Assembly (NCBI GenBank): GCA_048882385.1 | Contig: JBHLRQ010000074.1 | Coordinates: 1-16,087 of the forward strand | Source of the DNA: Candidatus Thorarchaeota archaeon | GTDB lineage: Archaea; Asgardarchaeota; Thorarchaeia; Thorarchaeales; Thorarchaeaceae | Direction: 5' to 3' | Length of the DNA stretch: 16,087 nt | In this document: positions 8,490 through 15,333 of the stretch, piece by piece | How positions within the stretch are numbered: the first letter of the stretch is position 1 | Layout of the letters: each line of letters opens with the position of its first letter | Program-made: the position numbers and the translations under genes | Notes under the pieces: generated by a model | Seen by the model: only the letters and a program-made list of their open reading frames with translations | The model's database searches: none | Told to the model about the DNA's origin: nothing

Positions 8490-9403
8490 CCCTCATAGTC
8501 TACTATATCAATTCCAATCTCATAGTCTCTATCAAAACTATCAATTGCACTGTCAACAAGTTCCGGATTAGAACTTCTTGGAATCCAGGTCACTGAGAAT
8601 GGACTCTCAGATACTACCAGTACAATCCCATCTTTGTTTCGTCCAACAAACTGGTATGTTGCATCCTTCCTGGGTAGAACTTTGTATCCTGCTTTGTACC
8701 CTTTCTTACGCCAACCAGGGATGATTTTTCTGAAATTGTCACGAATAACTTTCTCTCCTCTATCATGGTCAAGTGACCGAAAATCAACCCCTCTTGCAAG
8801 CATCTTTACTGTATCATTAAGGGTGTTATCACTCATGTAATCATGTTGAGTGACCCATTCAAGTGTGATTCTTATCACATCCCCCTCGCTGAGTCCACTG
8901 TACACTTTGTCTTTAATCATTTTCATGAAGTCTTCCCAACCCTGAGCGAAGGTGGGTTTTTCGATTTTTCTCTTACCAAGAATGAAATCAACCATCTCTT
9001 CTGCCATAGAATTAACATTGATCTCCGAGAGAGCCGCTTCTTCAGAGCTAATATTCTTCAATTCCCTTTCCAGACCTTTGATAGTTTGAGTCAACCTCTT
9101 CTTCAAAGCTCTCTCAATAATTGCGATGCTTGAATTGTATCCGTGTTTTTGCTGGCTCTTATCAATCCGCAAAAATCCCTCTTTCTCGAGCCACGAAAGA
9201 CTTCGATAAACCAAGGAATCTTTCCCTTTTCTGCCACCTTCATCTTTGGCTAGCTGCTCACGAATGGATTCAAAATCAATGAAATCAGAGGGTTCTTTCT
9301 GAGCCTTCAGCAAAGCCCCTAGTACGACCATGTCTTTCTTGGACCTCTCCAACTCCATCATCTGAAGAATTTCTTCATGCTTGACCTCAATAGTCACCCT
9401 CAA
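8486..9403 (-). CDS. Putative TrmB-like regulator, paralog 2
   Basis: wHTH-like segment (IDFESI...DSLVYRSLSWLEKEGFL), coiled coil, AQGWEDF, GDVIRI, RGVDFRSL, NPELVDSAIDSFDRDY. Start codon uncertain (TTG 9403 or GTG 9397). Confidence 0.65.
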   Translation of the reverse strand: MRVTIEVKHEEILQMMELERSKKDMVVLGALLKAQKEPSDFIDFESIREQLAKDEGGRKGKDSLVYRSLSWLEKEGFLRIDKSQQKHGYNSSIAIIERALKKRLTQTIKGLERELKNISSEEAALSEINVNSMAEEMVDFILGKRKIEKPTFAQGWEDFMKMIKDKVYSGLSEGDVIRITLEWVTQHDYMSDNTLNDTVKMLARGVDFRSLDHDRGEKVIRDNFRKIIPGWRKKGYKAGYKVLPRKDATYQFVGRNKDGIVLVVSESPFSVTWIPRSSNPELVDSAIDSFDRDYEIGIDIVDYEG

Positions 9404-9419
9404 TCCCCCAGTTATCGAA

Positions 9420-10451
9420 TTATTTCACACCACCTTTACTGAAAATCTTTCTGATTAAGCCACCGGGTTCAGCCCCAAATGCTTGCATATCTTCAGGATT
9501 CATATCCAACAAAGATTTAGCATTCTTCCAAGCCTTGTCAAAGGCTTCTACAGCATTATCTATCAAATCCGGATTGAAATCTCGAGTGATCCATGTAGCT
9601 GTCAGAGGTTCTTCAGTGATTATCAAAGCCATGTTATCCTTGTTTAGACTCACTTGGAAGTAAGTCTTTGGACCTGCGTAGATTCGAAAATCAAGCTTGA
9701 TCCCTTGTTTTTTCAGCTGCATCAAATTTTGAATCATTGCCGCCGCTCTATCTTCATCGAATTCGATATCAGTCAATTCTTCTATTCTGAAAACCTCAAG
9801 TGGCATCATATAGCGAACATCAGCTCCCCTCATGGCTGCTTCGATGAATCTCTGTGTCCTGTCCATGACTCCCTCGTCCATGAAAGGAGCCATCCAAAGC
9901 AAGGTTGCTCGAATTGTATCCCCCTTTTTTGCCACATCCAACATATTGTATTTCAGTACCCTGTGAAGTTGGTCAACACCGCGCACAATTCGAGAGCTGA
10001 TTTTTTGTTGAGTCCCAGTAATATCTTTGACAAAGTGTTGAGCAATCTGTCCACAATCGAGTTTTTTGACCTCCTCAAGAGTTTTCTCGGTTTCTCCCTT
10101 CTGAGATTCAAGTTCTCCTATACGTTGACTCTTTAATTGTTCAAGTCCCGCCATGACTGTGTTAACATCTGCAATGTACCTCTTACGGTGAGCTGCTGGA
10201 TTATCAACACGAATCAGCTGAACTTCCACCAGGGATTTGAGGACTCGATGGACCCACGCTTTTGTTAGTTTAGCCTCAGGTTCTTCCTTCAGCATCTGGT
10301 CATATATCTCACCAAAAGTAAGAGGAATGGGCGGATCTGTTTGGAGTTTTAGGATGATGTTCAACAGACTCATCAGACGCGACTCCTGTCTATCTCCTGT
10401 TATGAACCCACACAGTTCTAGAGCCTTTGAAACATCGATTTCTTCAGACAT
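9420..10451 (-). CDS. Putative TrmB-like regulator, paralog 1
   Basis: wHTH-like segment (LTFGEI...TKAWVHRVLKSLVEVQLI...HRKRY), coiled coil, VRGVDQL, GDTIRA, RGADVRYM, NPDLIDNAVEAFDKAW. Confidence 0.68.
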   Translation of the reverse strand: MSEEIDVSKALELCGFITGDRQESRLMSLLNIILKLQTDPPIPLTFGEIYDQMLKEEPEAKLTKAWVHRVLKSLVEVQLIRVDNPAAHRKRYIADVNTVMAGLEQLKSQRIGELESQKGETEKTLEEVKKLDCGQIAQHFVKDITGTQQKISSRIVRGVDQLHRVLKYNMLDVAKKGDTIRATLLWMAPFMDEGVMDRTQRFIEAAMRGADVRYMMPLEVFRIEELTDIEFDEDRAAAMIQNLMQLKKQGIKLDFRIYAGPKTYFQVSLNKDNMALIITEEPLTATWITRDFNPDLIDNAVEAFDKAWKNAKSLLDMNPEDMQAFGAEPGGLIRKIFSKGGVK

Positions 10452-10464
10452 CGTACCACTTCCT

Positions 10465-10480
10465 TACTCATCCATGAGTA
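10465..10480. promoter_or_regulatory. Inverted repeat TACTCAT-CC-ATGAGTA; candidate autoregulatory operator of the TrmB-like operon
   Basis: Perfect 7-2-7 inverted repeat separated from the 10451 start codon by 13 bp. It fits TACT-N7-GAGTA and is flanked by GTACC (10453-10457) and GGTAC (10482-10486). Confidence 0.55.
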
Positions 10481-10531
10481 CGGTACAAAATTCATCATCT
10501 TACTAACTTGATGACTGTATACAACCACGCG

Positions 10532-10557
10532 ATATATATATGCTCATTGCTATATAC
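10532..10557. promoter_or_regulatory. Two TATA-box-like elements; candidate archaeal promoters for the regulator operon (-) and the putative ncRNA (+)
   Basis: ATATATATAT at 10532-10541 and TATATAC at 10551-10557. On the minus strand the latter reads GATAAAG-TATATA, with a purine-rich BRE-like flank. Confidence 0.5.
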
Positions 10558-10562
10558 TTTAT

Positions 10563-10710
10563 CTAGCAGCTGACCGCTGCTAAGCTCCGGGTGGATGTCC
10601 ATTAAGGTAATTCCACGCGCATGTTACAGGGCATGCCGGTAAAACGCCGGTCCACGAAGCTGGGCGCAGGGGGGTGTCCCAGCTTCTCCCCTCTCTCTCA
10701 CGATTTTTTT
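10563..10710 (+). ncRNA. Candidate structured non-coding RNA of unrecognised family (~145 nt)
   Basis: 78/130 GC (60%) over 10561-10690 against an AT-richer background. Five consecutive potential hairpins, G-U pairs that favour the + strand, a TATA element about 22 nt upstream and a T7 tract at the end. Confidence 0.55.
10704..10710 (+). terminator. Oligo-T tract; candidate archaeal terminator of the putative ncRNA
   Basis: TTTTTTT after a pyrimidine-rich run (CTTCTCCCCTCTCTCTC) and a 9-bp hairpin. Confidence 0.4.
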
Positions 10711-11938
10711 AAAGTCCGCTCACAGCGATTGCTCGAAGATATCCAACACCGATTTTCATCACCATTGGAAGGAAGTCTGTCATCAACGACATGTATGTTG
10801 AAACCCCAGCTGAGCCCTGTATTAGTTCATTCAAAGTTTGCGCGTCAAGCTGATCCAACACAATCTCTGCCGCGGCAATTGGATCGTTGAACATGGAGTA
10901 CTTGGAAACAGCCCACATCCCTTTCCCGGTATTGGTGATGTTAGAAGCGAGTTTTGACTTGCGATACTCTTTCTCATAGAGTCCAACGCTCTTCTTTGAG
11001 TAGTCCCCAGAATCTGCCATTCTCTTGGCATGTTTCGCAAGCATCTGACCTGCATGGAAACATGTCGTAACGCCTCCACCCACAATTGAAGAGACCTGTC
11101 CGGCTGCGTTTCCGCAGAGTGCAACACCTGAGTCTGTGAACTTTGGAATGATTCCGGCGCAGGGTACGACTCCTCCATTTACAGAAGCAATCTTTGCGTT
11201 CTGTGTTTCAGGGTGTGTCTTCATGTATTTCTTCAGAACATCCTGCATAGGAGGTAGCTTGTGCCAATTAGTCTTGGATGATGGAACTCTCCCAATTCCG
11301 AGATTTACCTCAGTTTCAGACCTTGGATAGAGCCACAGATATCCGAGGCCGACATCCTTTCCGACAAAGAAATACGCCACATCTGGATCTACATTCTTAC
11401 AGTTTTCAAGCTTGAATCTATAACCATAACTCAGAAGCCATTTGGGATGGGTAAAACCTGCAGTTTCTGAAACCCTACTGAACGAACCATCCGCACCAAC
11501 GACCAGATTTGCTCGAACCTCACTGCCCTGATTATACCTCACTCCCACTACCGACTTGTCATTCTTAATAACCGAACCAACTCTTGCCTTGTATTTGATC
11601 TCTGCACCGTCTGATAGTGCGCGGTCTCTCATTAACTCCTGGCATTTATCCTCATCGAAGAGGTATGAGTTTCCAAGGAGTGTTCTATCAACAACTATGT
11701 TTGCACCAGTGTCAAGACTCTCTCCCACAATTGAGCGATACTTATTGCCAATATATTCAGAATCTGGCTTTACTCTAAGAAACCTTAGTGCCTTGTCTGT
11801 GACCAATTCTCCCATCAATGAGTCAGTCACTTTTTCGCGCTTCTCTAAGACAAGAGTCTTCAAACCATACTTTGCACATTGCTCAGCTGTCATGAGTCCA
11901 GCAGGACCAGTTCCAGCAATTATTACGTCTGAGGTCAT
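10709..11938 (-). CDS. Geranylgeranyl reductase family FAD-dependent oxidoreductase (divergent)
   Basis: DVIIAGTGPAG Rossmann motif, VVGADG..SRV, GYLWLYP..ETEVNLGIG (YxWxFP-like), GGVVP, GNAAGQV...GGGV. Confidence 0.85.
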   Translation of the reverse strand: MTSDVIIAGTGPAGLMTAEQCAKYGLKTLVLEKREKVTDSLMGELVTDKALRFLRVKPDSEYIGNKYRSIVGESLDTGANIVVDRTLLGNSYLFDEDKCQELMRDRALSDGAEIKYKARVGSVIKNDKSVVGVRYNQGSEVRANLVVGADGSFSRVSETAGFTHPKWLLSYGYRFKLENCKNVDPDVAYFFVGKDVGLGYLWLYPRSETEVNLGIGRVPSSKTNWHKLPPMQDVLKKYMKTHPETQNAKIASVNGGVVPCAGIIPKFTDSGVALCGNAAGQVSSIVGGGVTTCFHAGQMLAKHAKRMADSGDYSKKSVGLYEKEYRKSKLASNITNTGKGMWAVSKYSMFNDPIAAAEIVLDQLDAQTLNELIQGSAGVSTYMSLMTDFLPMVMKIGVGYLRAIAVSGL

Positions 11939-12074
11939 CTAAGGCACTCTCTGAATCAAGTAGCAACTCGTTTCTGATTCCTCTATATCTGTTTCTCTAG
12001 GATACTTCTTGATAAGTAAATTTCAAATCTATGATTGGAAATACCTTTCAGAACATTAACTGGAGCTAATATGC

Positions 12075-12923
12075 TTGAAACGACGAACCCTCTTGTACGG
12101 CTTTTACATGGTGATATCTATCATCTTTAGTCTGACTGTTTCAACGCTTCCGGCCGTGATATTCTTCTTCTGGTTCTTCCAGAATTTGGATCCACTGATT
12201 TTGAGTATTGGCTGGCCTTTTGTTGATATCCACAGTTTTTTCTTTACACAATTTTCTGGCTCATTTCCGATGTTCGTTTTCGACCACTTCTATTTTCTTG
12301 TTTTGCTGGTACCAATACTCTTGATCAGCTATGGCTTCTTTATTGGTTTCCTAATTGCCATGCTTAGATTCACACGCCGGGGAATACCTTACCTTGAAGA
12401 TGGACTCTATTATGAAGAAACAGAAGATTGGCTACTCTACGAGTTCCATCAGATATACTACACCTTCCTTCCTCACTTTATCTGGTTCCTAGCATTCTTT
12501 CTTGATAGTAAATACAGGCACGTTTGGTTTGGAGCTAATATTGGAAAACGTACAATCCTTGGAGGAGCTCAGGTCATGACCCCTGATAGAATTACGATTG
12601 GGGATGATTGTATGATTGGGTTTGGTTCTATTGTCACAGGTCATGTTTACCAAGACAAGACATTATACCTGAAAAAAATCAAGATTGGGAATAATGTGAC
12701 CGTTGGTGGGTATGCTATTATTTTTGCTGGAGCTGAAATTGGTGACAACACTATAATTGGAGCAAATACAGTCGTTCCACAAGATCGTGTTGTACCACCA
12801 AATTCTATTTGGGTTCACGGAAAAGCAATACCCCGAAAGGAATTATCCGGAATTGACCCAATTGTCATTGATGGGATGGATGGTGACATAGACCTTGAGA
12901 AAATTCACGAGGATGATGCTTGA
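12075..12923 (+). CDS. Membrane-anchored hexapeptide-repeat (left-handed beta-helix) acyltransferase-like protein
   Basis: Two or more N-terminal hydrophobic helices, then FGANIGKRT, ITIGDDCMIG...GH, IKIGNNVTVG, AEIGDNTIIGANTVV, VPPNSIW. TTG start preceded by GGAG. Confidence 0.85.
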   Translation: MKRRTLLYGFYMVISIIFSLTVSTLPAVIFFFWFFQNLDPLILSIGWPFVDIHSFFFTQFSGSFPMFVFDHFYFLVLLVPILLISYGFFIGFLIAMLRFTRRGIPYLEDGLYYEETEDWLLYEFHQIYYTFLPHFIWFLAFFLDSKYRHVWFGANIGKRTILGGAQVMTPDRITIGDDCMIGFGSIVTGHVYQDKTLYLKKIKIGNNVTVGGYAIIFAGAEIGDNTIIGANTVVPQDRVVPPNSIWVHGKAIPRKELSGIDPIVIDGMDGDIDLEKIHEDDA

Positions 12924-12958
12924 GAAAAACTCATGACAATCCCTTCTACGAATCTTGA

Positions 12959-13366
12959 TTGAGAGTGGTTTCGATTCGGTTATTAATGCTACATGTGGAA
13001 AGCTTTTGGTATAGTCCCAATGAGTCTGCTTCAGATGACAGAACAGAGATTGGTGAGTCCCTTCATGTGTGGATTCATTCTGAAGAACATGATGAGGAAA
13101 ACAGAACAAGCGTTCTAAGAAAAATGGTGAAGAACATACGCTGGCTTGCTCAGAAGAATGATTGCGATGCTATCACACTTCATTCATTTGCCCACCTTGG
13201 TGATAGCAAATCCGATTCTAAGTTCGCAGATTTATTGATTGAAGAGGCTGCTGATAGATTGAGGGAGCGCGGATTCGAAATTCATGTTGTGCCATTCGGA
13301 GCATTCTATGAGTTCAATCTACATGTTAAAGGACCATCATTAGCTAAAGTCTTCAAACAGATTTGA
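12959..13366 (+). CDS. Stand-alone archaeal-type threonyl-tRNA synthetase editing domain protein
   Basis: IRLLMLH...Y, E.HDE, LHSFAHL...S, VPFG.F.EFNLHVKG.SLAK match the archaeal ThrRS N-terminal editing (DTD-like) fold. No catalytic domain follows. Start codon uncertain. Confidence 0.85.
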   Translation: MRVVSIRLLMLHVESFWYSPNESASDDRTEIGESLHVWIHSEEHDEENRTSVLRKMVKNIRWLAQKNDCDAITLHSFAHLGDSKSDSKFADLLIEEAADRLRERGFEIHVVPFGAFYEFNLHVKGPSLAKVFKQI

Positions 13367-13411
13367 GTAATCAGATGAGTTCTTAACGCCCCAAACAAAC
13401 GAGGATTAGAG

Positions 13412-14842
13412 ATGTCGAAACCCAAGTATACTCCACGAGGCTATCAAACTCACATTCTAGAGAGTGTCAGTGAAAAAAATGGCACACCCTTACTAGTGGA
13501 GCTGGATTGCGGTCTAGGGAAGCGATTTCTAACACACCAACTTGTTACTGAGAAGTTCCCTGAATCCAAATTCATTATTGTTGTTCATTCCTCATCATCT
13601 CTAGCTGAAACCATCGACTACCTAAAAGGAGAATATGGAGGTCTCGAAGACGATCTTGGTGAACTCTCCTCAAGAGTTCCCTCAGGAAGGCGTCCGTATG
13701 TCCTCCGAGAGAAACGAGTTGTTGTTACAACTCCTCAGGTATTGGCTGGTATGTTCAAGAAAGATCCATCACTTCTGGAACCATTTGAAATTGTTCTCAT
13801 CAACGAGGTCGATACTCTTGTTCGTAGATCTGGTGGTCGCACCGCAATTGTCTACCCTTGGCCAACATTACTCATGTTTTTGCATGGAAAATGGCTCATA
13901 GGTATGAGTGGGACTCTCCGGGATGACCATGCAGTTTTCACACAAGAACAAGTTGAGATCAGAAGGGAACTAGATACTCTCCGACAACACTTCCCAGGTG
14001 CTGAAGTACTCACAATGGAGGACCTCTATGATACTGATGTGGAAGACTTCTTAGAACCGACTTTTCTTACTGTTAGTAAAGTAAATGACACTCGAATTCG
14101 ATCAATATCAAAAGTCATTGATGAGTTGATTCGGAATACACGAGGCGACATCATGAGTGAACTTGCTGAGGATGACAACCTCTATCTCGTTGATGGAGAC
14201 GCACGTCGAGTTCATTTAATGATTGAACGACTTCCTATTACTGAAGAGTTGAAAGGTAGATACACCGGACTCTTGATGCTCAGAAAATATGTCTATGCTA
14301 TGCCCCCCAAACAATTCCTCAGGATGTTTCATACTGACTACCTGAAACATTACTTCAATGTGAGCGAGTTACATAGGACACTCCCTACCATTTCCGCCAA
14401 AGTTTCAAGCGTATTGAAAATTGCAATCAAACACAAGAAGACAGTAGTTCTAACTTCCTACCTAGAGATGGTTTCTCAGGTAAAAGAAGTACTATCCAAG
14501 GCTGGTCTTAACGTCCTGACAATCACAGGTAGAACCCGCAATAAAGGAGAAGTCCTTCGAGCATTTCGTGATGACGCTGATATAGAGGTTCTTGCCATGT
14601 CTCCAGTCGGTGAACGTGATCTAGACATCCCTCAAGCTGAGGTCATGATAGTATGTGATTCTATCAACACCAGCAAGACAATGTATCAGAAGTTCAAGCG
14701 TACAAGAGGTGGTCTTGTTGTGCTGCTAGCCTATTCTGGAACATCAGAAGTAAGAAAAGTGGAGCGTTTAATGGCTCGCATCTTGGATCGATATCCATGG
14801 TCTACAGCAGTACTTGAAACCCCGTCTGAGCCTCTGGGATAG
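13412..14842 (+). CDS. SF2 helicase-like protein (Hef/FANCM-like helicase core) with degenerate motifs
   Basis: Q motif PRGYQ, motif I LDCGLGKR, Ib TTPQVL, II INEVD, III MSGT, IV VVLTSY, ITGR, V SPVGERDLDIP, VI QKFKRTRG. No C-terminal nuclease domain. Confidence 0.8.
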   Translation: MSKPKYTPRGYQTHILESVSEKNGTPLLVELDCGLGKRFLTHQLVTEKFPESKFIIVVHSSSSLAETIDYLKGEYGGLEDDLGELSSRVPSGRRPYVLREKRVVVTTPQVLAGMFKKDPSLLEPFEIVLINEVDTLVRRSGGRTAIVYPWPTLLMFLHGKWLIGMSGTLRDDHAVFTQEQVEIRRELDTLRQHFPGAEVLTMEDLYDTDVEDFLEPTFLTVSKVNDTRIRSISKVIDELIRNTRGDIMSELAEDDNLYLVDGDARRVHLMIERLPITEELKGRYTGLLMLRKYVYAMPPKQFLRMFHTDYLKHYFNVSELHRTLPTISAKVSSVLKIAIKHKKTVVLTSYLEMVSQVKEVLSKAGLNVLTITGRTRNKGEVLRAFRDDADIEVLAMSPVGERDLDIPQAEVMIVCDSINTSKTMYQKFKRTRGGLVVLLAYSGTSEVRKVERLMARILDRYPWSTAVLETPSEPLG

Positions 14843-14856
14843 TCATGTCATTATGA

Positions 14857-14862
14857 TTATAA
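14857..14862 (+). promoter_or_regulatory. TATA-like element upstream of acpS
   Basis: TTATAA 30 nt before the TTG at 14893, a spacing compatible with a short-leader archaeal transcript. Confidence 0.3.
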
Positions 14863-14892
14863 GAGCCACACGTTACTCGAGCAAGAAACAAG

Positions 14893-15333
14893 TTGACAGA
14901 TGACCATTTTGATGAAATTTGTCTTGGCTCCGATATCGTAGAGATAAAACGTTTCCGTGACCTCGATTCAGAGTCGCCATTTTATAGACGCGTTTTTACA
15001 GCCAATGAACTTCAGTATTGTAATCGATATCCTGATTCAGCTCCACATCTTGCAACGACATTTGCTGGAAAAGAGGCTGTTGTGAAAGCTACAAGTTCAA
15101 TCTGCAACCTGTCAATTGATTCAATTGAAATTCTACGAAGAGTCGATGGATCACCATATGTTGTAGTTCACAAAGACTGTTCACTTCATATTAACATAAG
15201 TCTCTCTTATTCATCAACGCATGCAGTGGCAGTTGCTCTTTCACTGCCAAAATCAATCTCTGACCAAAAGCGTATTCAAGGATTGCTTGACGAAAAAATT
15301 CAACAAATACTTCCAAGTGGTGAGATGTCATGA
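14893..15333 (+). CDS. acpS: Holo-[acyl-carrier-protein] synthase (AcpS-type 4'-phosphopantetheinyl transferase)
   Basis: LGSDIVEIKRF, RVFT.NE..YC, LA..FAGKEAVVKA, IEI....G.P, ISLSYS...AVAVA. About 25 extra C-terminal residues. Confidence 0.9.
   Translation: MTDDHFDEICLGSDIVEIKRFRDLDSESPFYRRVFTANELQYCNRYPDSAPHLATTFAGKEAVVKATSSICNLSIDSIEILRRVDGSPYVVVHKDCSLHINISLSYSSTHAVAVALSLPKSISDQKRIQGLLDEKIQQILPSGEMS

Noticed and set aside
9654-10136. 160-aa plus-strand ORF, and the other short ORFs nested in or antisense to the called genes (e.g. 192-374, 1179-1478, 3719-4072, 5349-5723, 11556-11942)
   Set aside because: They overlap well-supported genes and lack motifs, as expected for shadow ORFs.
10445-10498. 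Minus-strand ATGATGA ... CTCA-TGGATGA ... CTGA resembling a C/D box sRNA or K-turn across the regulator start codon
   Set aside because: The D' and C' boxes are imperfect, the second guide would be 20 nt, and the D box lies in coding sequence. The operator palindrome explains the internal boxes. Not fully excluded.
10584-10660. Possible tRNA or tRNA-like cloverleaf
   Set aside because: There is no GTTCRA T-loop, no proper 7-bp acceptor stem and no 7-nt anticodon loop.
10646-10674. GCCGGTCC...AAGC...GCAGGGGGG, superficially like a twister ribozyme core
   Set aside because: Loop length and the required P1/P2 and pseudoknot pairings could not be built consistently by eye; a covariance-model search is needed.
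10621-10890. 89-aa plus-strand ORF spanning the GC-rich element
   Set aside because: Mostly antisense to the reductase and not protein-like in composition; RNA structure explains the region better.
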